From Anaerolineales bacterium (GTDB taxonomy: Bacteria > Chloroflexota > Anaerolineae > Anaerolineales > E44-bin32), in NCBI GenBank assembly GCA_034430615.1, contig DAOUEJ010000204.1:2903-66902 (forward strand): a DNA stretch of 64,000 nt, written 5' to 3'. The notes beneath the pieces are model-generated. The model was not told the origin of the DNA. It saw only the letters and a list, made by a program, of their open reading frames with translations, and made no database searches. The position numbers were made by a program, and so were the translations under genes. This document shows positions 1-9,750 of the stretch, piece after piece (the first letter of the stretch is position 1; the number at the start of each line of letters is the position of its first letter).

Positions 1-1185
1 GCAGCGCAAGACCCCGAGCTGATCGAATATGCAAAGAGCAAGGGTGCCAACGGCATCACCATGGGCGGCATCTGCTGCACGGCGAACGAAACACTGATGC
101 GCCAAGGCGTTCCGCTGGCAGGTAACTTCCTGCAGCAGGAACTGGCGATCATTACCGGTGTCGTCGACGCGATGGTCGTCGACATTCAATGCATCATGCA
201 GGGCATCGTCAAATTGGCAGATCAGTTCCACACCGAAATCATCACGACGTCCCCGAAGGCCAAGATCACCGGTGCGACGCATATGGAATTCGACGAACAT
301 CGGGCGATGGAGATCGCCAAAGACATCGTCCGGAAAGCATGCGACCGTTTTCCCGATCGTAAAACAGAGATCAACATCCCAGATATGACCAGCGAGCTGA
401 TCCCCGGTTTCTCCCATGAGTATATAAACTACGCGCTCGGCGGCACCTACCGCGGTTCACTGCGACCGCTCAACGACGCCATCATGTCTGGACGAATTCG
501 CGGCGTTGTCGCCAACATCGGCTGCAACAATGCCCGTGTCTGCCATGATGAACTGCATCGATATGTCGTGACCGAGTTCATCAAGAACGACGTGCTGGTT
601 GTCGAGACGGGCTGCGGCGCGATCGCCAGCGCTAAGCAAGGCTATATGCGGCCCGAAGCGGCCCTCGAACACGCAGGACCGGGCTTGCGCGAGGTGTGCG
701 AGGCAGTGGGTATCCCGCCGGTGCTCCATATGGGATCCTGCGTCGACAACTCCCGCATCCTGACCGTTCTGGCGCAAATGGCCACAGAGGGCGGATTGGG
801 CGAAGACATCAGCGACATCCCGGCCGTCGGCATGGCTCCGGAGTGGATGAGTGAAAAGGCAATCTCGATCGCGACCTACTGCGTCGCCTCCGGCGCCTAC
901 GTGATCATGGGCCACTCCAGCCCGGTCTCAGGGGTCGATGGAGTTACTGAGATCCTCACGAACGGGTGGGAAAGTAAAGTTGGTGGACGATTAGAATTCA
1001 CCAACGACGGCGATGAAATCGTACGTCGTTCGCTAACACACATCGATAAGAAACGAGCCGAGCTAGGCCTGCCCGAATACGATCCATCGAATTGGGGCAA
1101 GAGTGGCGACTGGAGGATCGATGAACTGATCGAGCTCCCGTTGGCCGAAAAAATCGGCGCGGTTTACGGCAATTCATCGAACTAG
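1..1185 (+). CDS. acsA: Anaerobic Ni,Fe carbon-monoxide dehydrogenase catalytic subunit (CooS/AcsA type), C-terminal ~394 aa; 5' end lies outside the window
   Basis: The frame is open from base 1 (AAQDPELIEYAKSKGANGITMGGICCTANE...), so listed ORF 61..1185 is only the part after an internal Met. GICCTxNE, IGCNNARV and HMGSCVDNSR stretches are typical of CooS-family CODH. acsB follows 15 nt later. Confidence 0.9.
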   Translation, partial: AAQDPELIEYAKSKGANGITMGGICCTANETLMRQGVPLAGNFLQQELAIITGVVDAMVVDIQCIMQGIVKLADQFHTEIITTSPKAKITGATHMEFDEHRAMEIAKDIVRKACDRFPDRKTEINIPDMTSELIPGFSHEYINYALGGTYRGSLRPLNDAIMSGRIRGVVANIGCNNARVCHDELHRYVVTEFIKNDVLVVETGCGAIASAKQGYMRPEAALEHAGPGLREVCEAVGIPPVLHMGSCVDNSRILTVLAQMATEGGLGEDISDIPAVGMAPEWMSEKAISIATYCVASGAYVIMGHSSPVSGVDGVTEILTNGWESKVGGRLEFTNDGDEIVRRSLTHIDKKRAELGLPEYDPSNWGKSGDWRIDELIELPLAEKIGAVYGNSSN

Positions 1186-1199
1186 GGAGGCAGCAGACT

Positions 1200-3488
1200 A
1201 TGTCACGGTATATCGCTACACGTGCCATCCAGGGAGCGAACAGGATTGTCGCGGAAGCTCAAGCCCTGTACGCCCGTGCGATCGAAGAAAAAGGTCCCGA
1301 AGCAGCCATCGCTTTCCCCAACACAGCTTACTACTTACCCGTCACCCTGGGAATGCTCGGTCATGAGGTGACCAAGATCAGCGAACTTGAACTCGTACTG
1401 GAGCACGCAAAATCCCTACTCCACGCCGTGCCTGATGAAGCCCTCTGGACGCCATACCTGGGCGAAACGTTGGATTCCGGCATGGCTACACTCCTGGCAG
1501 AAGAAGTCCTCGAGGCAATACGCTTCGCCTATAACCAAGAACCTCAACCCTACCCGGGATTGGAGCTCGCCGGGGCCACCTCCTTCACCAGCCCGGACGG
1601 GAACGGCGGAGGAGAAAGAGCGGACGGACACCTGAACGGCCCAATCGACGATATACAGCTGCGTTCGTGGGGCATACAGCTCGTCGATGGCCGAATGCCT
1701 GGTTTCGCCGCCATCGTCGGTGCAGCCCATTCAAACGAAGCTGCAGTAGCCATCGTGCGTGAACTCCAGCAGCGCAGCATCCTTACTTTTCTCGTCGGGA
1801 ATGTCAACGGTCGTTCGATCATCGACCAACTCGTCGAGGAGGGTGTAGAGATGGGGTACGACACTTACATCGTGCCCTTCAGCAAGGACACCATCGGGGC
1901 CATTTACCCGCTTGGTTTTGCCACCCGCTCCGCGCTGACCTTCGGCGGATTGAAGGGTGGCCAATGGCGCGACATCCTGCTCTATAACAAGAACCGCGTC
2001 TTCGCCTTCGTGCTTGCCTTGGGCGAGGTCGACGACCTGAAATATGCCACAGCGGCAGGTGCGATCTCTTACGGATTCCCCGTTCTAGCCGACACGGTGA
2101 TCCCCGAGATCCTACCCACTGGCGTGACGCAATACGAGCACGTGATTTCCATGCCCTGGAACGAGATCCAGGGAGAGACCGAGGCTGATAAAGCTCGCAA
2201 GCTCATCCAGAAAGCGATCGAGGTGCGCGGCGTCAAAGTCAAAATCTCCGAGGTTCCGATCCCGGTCCCCTACGGATCGGCCTTCGAGGGCGAGGTCGTG
2301 CGTAAAGCGGACATGCGGGTCGAGTTCGGCGGTAAGCACAGCCGGGCTTTCGAATACCTATTGATGGACGATATGGATCAGGTCGAGGACGGCAAGATCG
2401 AACTCATCGGGCCCGACTTCTCCGAGATCGAAGATCAAGGCAATATGGATCTGGCATTGGTAATCAAGGTCGCCGGCCGCAAGATGGAGAAAGATTTCGA
2501 GCCCGTACTCGAGCGCCAGATCCACTACTTCATCAACGGCGCCTCCGGCATCCAGCACATCGGCCAGCGTGACATCACCTGGATCCGCCTGAGTAAAGCC
2601 GCCGTGGAAAAAGGCTTCGAACTGAAGCACTTCGGCGACATCGTACACGCCCGCTTCCACGATGATTTTGGCAGCATCGTCGACAAGGTCGAGGTGCAGA
2701 TCATTACCGATCCCAAACTGCATGAGGAATGGCTGGCCAATGCACGCGCAGCCTACGAGGAGCGCAACGAACGCATCGGCTCGATGAACGACACCAGCGT
2801 CGATGTTTTTTATTCATGCACGCTGTGTCAGTCCTTCGCTCCCGATCACGTTTGCATCGTCAGCCCAGAACGGCTCGGGCTGTGCGGTGCGTACAACTGG
2901 CTCGACTGCAAGGCCTCCTACCGGATCAACCCGACCGGTCCGAACCAGCCGATTAAAAAGGGCGAGAACACCGATTCCCTTAAGGGCTACTTCACCGGCG
3001 TGAATGAGTTCGCGGTTACCGCTTCGCACGGGACCGTGACCGAAGTTTCCATGTACTCGATCATGGAGAACCCGATGACCGCCTGCGGCTGCTTCGAGTG
3101 CATCGCCATGCTCATCCCGGAGGCGAATGGGATCATGATCGTCAGCAGGGAGGACACCAGCATGACACCGGCCGGCATGACCTTCTCCACCCTGGCCGGC
3201 ATGGCCGGCGGTGGTTTGCAGACCCCAGGCGTGATGGGCCATGGAAAATTCTACATCCTCAGCCCGAAGTTCATCTCCGCCGATGGAGGCTTCAAACGAG
3301 TAGTCTGGATGTCCTCCGTCCTTAAAACGCAGATGACCGACCAACTCAAGACTGTCGCCGAGCGCGAAGGCGATCCCGATCTGATCGAAAAAATCGCCGA
3401 CGAAACGATCTGCACCGATGTTGAAGGCCTGGTGGCGCACTTGACGGAGAAAGGCCACCCGGCGTTAGAGATGGCATCAATGTTCTAA
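1200..3488 (+). CDS. acsB: Acetyl-CoA synthase (CODH/ACS alpha subunit)
   Basis: 762 aa. Cys pattern CTLCQSFAPDHVCIVSPERLGLCGA plus the A-cluster CGC motif (MTACGCFECIAM). gggagg RBS upstream. Position matches acetogen acs operons. Confidence 0.92.
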   Translation: MSRYIATRAIQGANRIVAEAQALYARAIEEKGPEAAIAFPNTAYYLPVTLGMLGHEVTKISELELVLEHAKSLLHAVPDEALWTPYLGETLDSGMATLLAEEVLEAIRFAYNQEPQPYPGLELAGATSFTSPDGNGGGERADGHLNGPIDDIQLRSWGIQLVDGRMPGFAAIVGAAHSNEAAVAIVRELQQRSILTFLVGNVNGRSIIDQLVEEGVEMGYDTYIVPFSKDTIGAIYPLGFATRSALTFGGLKGGQWRDILLYNKNRVFAFVLALGEVDDLKYATAAGAISYGFPVLADTVIPEILPTGVTQYEHVISMPWNEIQGETEADKARKLIQKAIEVRGVKVKISEVPIPVPYGSAFEGEVVRKADMRVEFGGKHSRAFEYLLMDDMDQVEDGKIELIGPDFSEIEDQGNMDLALVIKVAGRKMEKDFEPVLERQIHYFINGASGIQHIGQRDITWIRLSKAAVEKGFELKHFGDIVHARFHDDFGSIVDKVEVQIITDPKLHEEWLANARAAYEERNERIGSMNDTSVDVFYSCTLCQSFAPDHVCIVSPERLGLCGAYNWLDCKASYRINPTGPNQPIKKGENTDSLKGYFTGVNEFAVTASHGTVTEVSMYSIMENPMTACGCFECIAMLIPEANGIMIVSREDTSMTPAGMTFSTLAGMAGGGLQTPGVMGHGKFYILSPKFISADGGFKRVVWMSSVLKTQMTDQLKTVAEREGDPDLIEKIADETICTDVEGLVAHLTEKGHPALEMASMF

Positions 3489-3562
3489 TCGATGGCACCC
3501 TCCGCACACGCATAGCGCGTGTGCGTGGCTTGTCTACCTGAACGAACGGAGGAACCCACCCT

Positions 3563-4528
3563 ATGACGATCGAGATCCCCAAGGATAAGTGGTCGGGGCA
3601 TGTACGCGAAGTTACACTCGGGGCCAGCGCGAATGAAGGGGGTACCCGGGCACGCACGCTGACAGTTGGCGGAGAGACGACCCTACCTTATCTGTACTTC
3701 GAAGGCGAAATCCCACATCCGCCAGCCCTGGCATTGGAAATTCGCGACCGGAAACCCGAGGATTGGTCCAAACTGCTGCTCGAGGCCTGGGGAGATGCGG
3801 CCGAAGATCCAGCAGCCTGGGCGAAGGCGGCTGAAGCAGCCGGGGCTGATCTGCTGTACCTTAAGCTCAGCCTCACAACCGCCGATGGGAAACCCAACAC
3901 TGCCGAGAATGCACGGGCTGTAGTGCGAGCTGTGCTTGAGGCAAGTGGCCTGCCACTGGCTGTGGTCGGCCCGGGTCAGGCCGAGATCGATAACGAGTTG
4001 ATGGTCGCCGTGGCAGAAGAAGCTGTCGGCGAACGCCTGCTGCTAGGGACCTGCGAGGAGGGCAATTACCGCACGATCGTCGCTGCAGCACTGGCACACA
4101 ATCACCTCGTACAATCCCGCACCCCGATGGACGTCAACCTTTCCAAGCAGCTCGTGATCCTGATCAACGACATGGGCTTGCCCCTTGAGCGCATCATCAT
4201 GGACCCGACAACGGGGGCGCTGGGTTACGGGATTGAATACGGCTACTCCGTGATGGAGCGGCTGCGGCTTGCTGCTCTGCAGGACGACAAGATGACCCAG
4301 CAGCCGATGATGGTCACACCAGGCGAGGAAGCCTGGAAGGTCAAGGAGTCTAAGGTCGGTGAAGGCGTCCCTGTGGAGTGGGGTGATTGGGAGACGCGCG
4401 CCCTGGAATGGGAAGCAGTCACCGCCACCACACTCATCCACTCGGGAGCCGATATCATCGTCCTGCGGCACCCTCAAACCCTAAAACGGGTCAGGTCGGT
4501 GGTTAACGCCCTGACGAACGGCGCCTAG
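3563..4528 (+). CDS. acsD: Corrinoid iron-sulfur protein small (delta) subunit
   Basis: 321 aa, the size and position expected for CFeSP small subunit between acsB and acsC. ggagg RBS upstream. Confidence 0.8.
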   Translation: MTIEIPKDKWSGHVREVTLGASANEGGTRARTLTVGGETTLPYLYFEGEIPHPPALALEIRDRKPEDWSKLLLEAWGDAAEDPAAWAKAAEAAGADLLYLKLSLTTADGKPNTAENARAVVRAVLEASGLPLAVVGPGQAEIDNELMVAVAEEAVGERLLLGTCEEGNYRTIVAAALAHNHLVQSRTPMDVNLSKQLVILINDMGLPLERIIMDPTTGALGYGIEYGYSVMERLRLAALQDDKMTQQPMMVTPGEEAWKVKESKVGEGVPVEWGDWETRALEWEAVTATTLIHSGADIIVLRHPQTLKRVRSVVNALTNGA

Positions 4529-4541
4529 CGTGTGGAGGTAG

Positions 4542-5891
4542 ATGATGGCACTGTCAGGTCTTGAGATCTACAAAATGCTTCCGAAGACCAACTGTAAGGA
4601 CTGCGGATTCCCGACCTGTCTGGCTTTCGCGATGAAGCTCGCCGCCAAACAGGCTGAGTTGAAAGACTGCCCCCACGTCACCGCGGAAGCAGCCGAGAAG
4701 CTCGAAGCCGCCTCCGCACCGCCGATCCGGTTGGTGGAGATCCAGGGGGGAAATGGCAAGCTGGCCGTCGGCAACGAGACGGTGCTCTTCAGGCATGAAA
4801 AGACCTTCTACCACAAACCAGGTCTCTTCCTGCGTGTAGTCGACACGCTTGAACCTTCGGCGATAACGGAGTCTGTCAAGCAAGCGAATGACTTCTCCGT
4901 CGACTATGTGGGCATCGACCTGCACCTCGATGGGTTTGCTGTGGAAGCCGCTTCCGGGGATGCTGCCAGGTTTGCGGCCGCGGTTGGAGCCGTAACTGCG
5001 ATCAGCGACCGCTCGCTGATCCTGCTCGCACCCACACCCGAACTGGCAAAAGCCGGCCTTGAAGCAGCTAAGGGACGACCCTTGCTCTATACAGCCAACG
5101 CCGAGAACTGGCAGGCCATGGGCGAGGTAGCGAAAGCTGCTGGTGTGCCGCTTGTCGTGAGCGCCGCTGACGTGGATGGTCTGAACGAATTAACTGGAAA
5201 ACTACGCGAGTTGGGCCTAGAAGATCTGGTGCTCGACCCGCAGAGTCTGGGTTACAAGGACGATCTGCAGGCCTACACCACACTGCGCCGTCTGGCCCTG
5301 AAGAAGAACCTCCGTTCATTAGGGTACCCCATCATCAGCTTCCCCGGCGCGGTTGAGGGCGGCGATGAAACGCTCCTGGCCGCACAGTACATCGCCAAAT
5401 ACAGCGGCTTCGTCGTTCTGGATACATTCAACCCGGCCACAACCTATGCCCTGCTCGTGCTGCGCGAGAACATTTTCACCGATCCACAGAAACCGATCCA
5501 GGTACAACCGGGAATCTACGAGATCAACAATCCAGATCCGAGTGCACCGCTCTTCGTCACCACGAACTTCTCGATCACGTACTTTTCTGTAGCAAACGAG
5601 GTTGAAGGCTCGGGTTTGCCTGGGTGGTTGCTCGTAGCCGACGCGGAAGGCATGAGCGTGCTCACTGCGTGGGCGGCAGGCAAATTCGACGCCGAACGCA
5701 TCGCCAAGGACGTCAAGAACTTCGGGATCGAGGAGAAGCTCAATCACAAGAAGCTGATCATTCCCGGCCACGTTTCCGTGCTCTCCGGTGAGCTGGAAGA
5801 GGAGCTGCCGGGTTGGGAGATCATGGTCGGGCCGCGTGAAGCGGTTGATATCGGATCCTATCTGAAGACGATGTGGCCCAAGGGAGGGTAG
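4542..5891 (+). CDS. acsC: Corrinoid iron-sulfur protein large (gamma) subunit
   Basis: 449 aa. N-terminal 4Fe-4S motif CKDCGFPTCLAFAMKLA...DCPH typical of CFeSP large subunit. Starts 13 nt after acsD. Confidence 0.88.
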   Translation: MMALSGLEIYKMLPKTNCKDCGFPTCLAFAMKLAAKQAELKDCPHVTAEAAEKLEAASAPPIRLVEIQGGNGKLAVGNETVLFRHEKTFYHKPGLFLRVVDTLEPSAITESVKQANDFSVDYVGIDLHLDGFAVEAASGDAARFAAAVGAVTAISDRSLILLAPTPELAKAGLEAAKGRPLLYTANAENWQAMGEVAKAAGVPLVVSAADVDGLNELTGKLRELGLEDLVLDPQSLGYKDDLQAYTTLRRLALKKNLRSLGYPIISFPGAVEGGDETLLAAQYIAKYSGFVVLDTFNPATTYALLVLRENIFTDPQKPIQVQPGIYEINNPDPSAPLFVTTNFSITYFSVANEVEGSGLPGWLLVADAEGMSVLTAWAAGKFDAERIAKDVKNFGIEEKLNHKKLIIPGHVSVLSGELEEELPGWEIMVGPREAVDIGSYLKTMWPKGG

Positions 5892-5893
5892 TG

Positions 5894-6622
5894 ATGGACC
5901 GGGTGGCCCACCGGGAGGCGTCCACCAGTACGTTCCGGCGTGTAACGCGGGTAGGGGCCCTGCTCATTTTCCTGGGCGCTATCCTTCTCAACAGCGCCTG
6001 CGGGCGGGATACAGCGTTCTACAGCGACATCCCGCTTACTCCGGCCTCTCTACCGGCTACCTGGACCCCAACTACAAAGCCAGTCTTCGCCCCTCCTGCG
6101 GGGTGGATACTGTTTGACTCGCAGGAGGTTGAGATCTGGCTACCGGATAGCTTCAAAGGGGGGGATCCCGAGCAAGACATCCCCGCCCTGATCGACCAGA
6201 TGCGCGCCGATGGCGGGCACTTCGCCGAGGCAGCCGAGATCCTCGAATCTAACCCGGGGAGTTTTCTGCTCTGGATGTTCGACTCGGCTGAGAGCGCATC
6301 GGCAGTGCTTACCAACCTAACGATTGTCAAGGAGATCGTACCGGTCGGGATCACAGTGGGGCAGTACCTGGAAGCAGCACAATCGCATTTTCCAGACTCC
6401 TATAATGTTATCGTTTCGGGCCCGGTCACCCTCGCGACTGAGTTCGAGACCGGACGTATCGTCCTCGAAACCAGCTATGATGGGCTGGCCATTAAAGAAA
6501 TCGTATATGTTCTAAAGCTGGGGGACATCATCTACGGGTTGACTTTCGCAACGAGCGTCGAGGAGTTCGACTCGCGTCTTCCGGTGTTCAAGCAGAGCGC
6601 GGAGACATTTCAACAGCGCTGA
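5894..6622 (+). CDS. Predicted secreted lipoprotein of unknown function (PsbP/DcrB-like by eye)
   Basis: Start moved to ATG 5894 (ggaggg RBS; acsC stop at 5889-5891). Signal peptide with lipobox (LLIFLGAILLNSAC). Co-directional inside the acs operon. Confidence 0.55.
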   Translation: MDRVAHREASTSTFRRVTRVGALLIFLGAILLNSACGRDTAFYSDIPLTPASLPATWTPTTKPVFAPPAGWILFDSQEVEIWLPDSFKGGDPEQDIPALIDQMRADGGHFAEAAEILESNPGSFLLWMFDSAESASAVLTNLTIVKEIVPVGITVGQYLEAAQSHFPDSYNVIVSGPVTLATEFETGRIVLETSYDGLAIKEIVYVLKLGDIIYGLTFATSVEEFDSRLPVFKQSAETFQQR

Positions 6623-6659
6623 TCATGGGCTAGGTGCCCGTTCATGAAGGTAGGAAGAG

Positions 6660-6953
6660 ATGACCACCCGTATTTCCAACCTCCCGCGTGACCCCTACCT
6701 GGGGTATGACGTTCGCCAGGTCGCGCGCTTGGCCGCCTCCTGCCTGCAGTGCGCCTCGCCTGCCCCGTGCACGCTCGCCTGCAGTCGGGAGGCTGATATC
6801 CCGCACATTATGCGCATGGCCGGGCAAGCGGCATGTGAGGGCCTGGCGCTCTCACGCTGGTTCTGGGATGAAGAGCGTGTACAGGCTGCACGGATCACCG
6901 ATGCAATCTGCGACACGTATAACCGAGAGTACTTCTCACCGCCGGTGAAGTAA
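6660..6953 (+). CDS. Small Cys-motif protein resembling the N-terminal 4Fe-4S domain of GltD/NfnB/DPD-type oxidoreductases
   Basis: 97 aa. CLQCASPAPCTLACSREADIPHIM fits C-L-x-C-x5-C-x3-C-x5-I-P of the GltD N-terminal cluster domain, with Ser where Pro usually follows the 4th Cys. ggtaggaag RBS-like upstream. Confidence 0.45.
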   Translation: MTTRISNLPRDPYLGYDVRQVARLAASCLQCASPAPCTLACSREADIPHIMRMAGQAACEGLALSRWFWDEERVQAARITDAICDTYNREYFSPPVK

Positions 6954-6975
6954 TCGAGCCGGACTGGAATTAACC

Positions 6976-8916
6976 GTGGCATTACACCACATCACCATCC
7001 AACCTGGGGGTATCGCGCTCGAGGTACCGACCGGGACGCTCGTTTCCGAAGCAGCGCAGACGGCCGGCCTCGAGATCTCCCAGCCATGCGGCGGCCAGGG
7101 ACGCTGCGGCCGCTGTGCGGTGCAAGTGGATGGTGGAATCCGCCGCCGATCGACGATCCGCCTTTCCACCGATGACCTTGCTTCCGGCTGGGCACTCGCC
7201 TGCCAGGCGGTGATTGAGGGCGATGCCAGCATCACGATCCCCGAACAGGAACGCGTTGAACGCCGCCTGGTGACTGAGCAGACGGCTCGCAAGGTCGAGT
7301 TGCCCTTTCACTATGATCCGTTGGAACTGCAGCCGCTGCTCGCTTTACAGGTCAAGCTCGAGCCTCCCACCATCGAAGATTATCGTGACGACCTTACCCG
7401 CCTGGAAGACGCCCTGGCCGGCGCCGGTCATAGCCCAGCTCAGGTCCCGCTCACCATCCTGAGGGAGCTGGGATCCGTGTTGCGGGGCAGCGACTGGTCA
7501 CCCTATGTACTGCTGGAGCGCTCGAGTCGCCCAAGTGAAGCGGTGCGGGTTCTGCAGGTTAGCGCCGATCCGATCGATCCGCTAGGTATTGCGCTGGATA
7601 TCGGGACGACCACCGTCACGGCCTACCTGGTGGACCTGGTCAGCGGTCAGGTTCGTGCCTCTGCCGCAGAATACAACGCTCAAATTGCGCGCGGGGAGGA
7701 TGTAATCTCACGCATTATCTACGCCAGCAAGGGGAAGGGTCTTCTCGAACTGGGTGAGTTGGTGCGTGAAACTTTCTCCATGCTGCTGGAACGCCTCCAG
7801 CGCCGTACGGGTGTTTCACCTGGATCGATCCATAAGCTCACCATCTCGGGGAACACGACGATGATCCATCTCTTCCTGGGTATCCCCCCGGAAAATATCC
7901 GTCTCACCCCCTATATCCCGGCAGTTAACCAGCCCCCGCCCTATCTAGCGGCGGACCTGGGACTGCCCATCCACCCCCTGGCCTCGGTTGATTGTCTGCC
8001 CGGCGTGGCTTCTTACGTTGGCGCTGATATCAGCGCCGGGGTACTGGCCTCCGGTCTCGCTTCGAGCGAAGCACTGACCCTCTTCATCGACGTCGGAACC
8101 AATGGAGAGATCGTGCTCGGGACGAAAGACTGGATGCTAACCTGTGCCTGTTCGGCCGGACCAGCATTCGAAGGGGCCGGGGTGGTGGATGGTATGCGGG
8201 CAACAGAGGGTGCGATCGAAGAGTTATGGATTCACTCTACGACCTTCGAGCCCACCTACCGTGTCATCGGCAGTGGTAAGCCGCGCGGCCTGTGCGGCTC
8301 TGGCTTGATCTCCGCCCTGGCTGAGTTGTTCGTGACCGGCGTGATCGATCGGGGTGGCAGCGTCAAGCTCGACCTGGACACACCTCGCGTCCGGATGGGC
8401 GGACACGGGCCCGAATATGTCATCGCCTGGGCAGATGAGACCGAAACCGGCCACGACCTGGCCCTGACCAAGGTCGACGTCGATAACCTGATGCGAGCGA
8501 AAGCCGCCATCTACGCCGGGTACAGCGTCCTTGCCAGCGGGGTTGGCGTCGATCTGGCCGATGTCGAGCAGGTACTGGTGGGCGGATCGTTCGGAAAATA
8601 CATCAACGTGGAAAACGCCATCAAGATCGGGCTGCTTCCTGATCTGCCCTGGGACCGATTCCACTTTCTGGGAAATACATCCGTGATGGGTGCGTATATG
8701 GCTCTGGCTTCAAGCATTGCACGGGAGCAGGTGCGCAAAGTGGCGGAGAGCATGACCTATGTCGAGCTGTCTGCTGATAATTCATTTTTCGATGCTTTTA
8801 CGGCTGCGCTCTTCCTACCCCATACTGATATCACGCTCTTCCCGAGTATGGCGGAAATCTGGGAGCGAGAGAACGAGGGAGCAGCCGTGGACGAAGAAGC
8901 GGGGCCGGCAGAATGA
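6976..8916 (+). CDS. acsV: Corrinoid activation/regeneration protein (RACo/AcsV): 2Fe-2S ferredoxin domain plus ASKHA ATPase
   Basis: 646 aa, GTG start. N-terminal plant-type ferredoxin motif CGGQGRCGRCAV. DIGTTTV and GxSxG/ASKHA-like stretches. Conserved acs-cluster position. Confidence 0.85.
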   Translation: MALHHITIQPGGIALEVPTGTLVSEAAQTAGLEISQPCGGQGRCGRCAVQVDGGIRRRSTIRLSTDDLASGWALACQAVIEGDASITIPEQERVERRLVTEQTARKVELPFHYDPLELQPLLALQVKLEPPTIEDYRDDLTRLEDALAGAGHSPAQVPLTILRELGSVLRGSDWSPYVLLERSSRPSEAVRVLQVSADPIDPLGIALDIGTTTVTAYLVDLVSGQVRASAAEYNAQIARGEDVISRIIYASKGKGLLELGELVRETFSMLLERLQRRTGVSPGSIHKLTISGNTTMIHLFLGIPPENIRLTPYIPAVNQPPPYLAADLGLPIHPLASVDCLPGVASYVGADISAGVLASGLASSEALTLFIDVGTNGEIVLGTKDWMLTCACSAGPAFEGAGVVDGMRATEGAIEELWIHSTTFEPTYRVIGSGKPRGLCGSGLISALAELFVTGVIDRGGSVKLDLDTPRVRMGGHGPEYVIAWADETETGHDLALTKVDVDNLMRAKAAIYAGYSVLASGVGVDLADVEQVLVGGSFGKYINVENAIKIGLLPDLPWDRFHFLGNTSVMGAYMALASSIAREQVRKVAESMTYVELSADNSFFDAFTAALFLPHTDITLFPSMAEIWERENEGAAVDEEAGPAE

Positions 8917-8935
8917 TTTCTCAACGGTATAGGAG

Positions 8936-9712
8936 TTGGTGACGATGACGAAGACGATTGCCCTTGCGGGAAAAGGCGGAACTGGAAAGACCACGGTTGC
9001 CGCGCTCTTGATCCAAGCCTTGTTGAGGCGTGTGCCTGGGCCGCTGCTTGCGATTGACGCTGACCCGGCCACGAACCTGCACCTGGCGCTTGGCCTCCCC
9101 ATGCCAACCACCGTCGGTGATGTGCGCGAAACGATGGCTGTTGAGGCGCAGAACCAGCAGCTTGGCGTCACCATAAGCCGGCACGATTATCTGACGCATG
9201 AATTACAGATGGCGTTGGAAGAAGGTGACCAGGTTGACCTGCTCGCCATGGGCCGCCCGGAAGGCCAGGGCTGCTACTGCGCTGCCAACCATTTGCTGCG
9301 CACGATCATGGATGACATGGGCCGGCACTATCCTTACGTCATCATCGATAACGAAGCCGGGATGGAGCACATAAGCCGCCGGACCACGCGCGATGTGGAC
9401 CTGCTGCTGATCGTGAGCGACCCGACCTTACGCGGATTGATAGCGGCCGGGAGCATCCTCGAAATGTCGTATGACATCGGTGTCAATGTCCATCAGCGCT
9501 GGCTGATCCTGAACCGGGTGGTTGGAGATCTCGTGCCACCGCTCCAGGCAGCTGTTGACGACCTAGAGATTGAGATCGGGGCGATCATCCCGGCCGATTC
9601 CCGCGTAAATGAACTTGATGCGCTTGGCGAACCACTCATCAAACTGAACGGCGATTCACCAGCCCTGCGAGCTATCCAGGAACTGACCGACTCGATCCTG
9701 CGATCGCTATAG
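8936..9712 (+). CDS. cooC: CooC/AcsF-type Ni-insertion ATPase for CODH/ACS (MinD/ParA fold)
   Basis: Deviant Walker A GKGGTGKTT, CxC metal motif (GQGCYCAAN), 258 aa, lies inside the acs operon. Confidence 0.85.
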   Translation: MVTMTKTIALAGKGGTGKTTVAALLIQALLRRVPGPLLAIDADPATNLHLALGLPMPTTVGDVRETMAVEAQNQQLGVTISRHDYLTHELQMALEEGDQVDLLAMGRPEGQGCYCAANHLLRTIMDDMGRHYPYVIIDNEAGMEHISRRTTRDVDLLLIVSDPTLRGLIAAGSILEMSYDIGVNVHQRWLILNRVVGDLVPPLQAAVDDLEIEIGAIIPADSRVNELDALGEPLIKLNGDSPALRAIQELTDSILRSL

Positions 9713-9750
9713 GGTGTGCCCTGATCTCGGGGCCACCGAGGAGAGGATCC

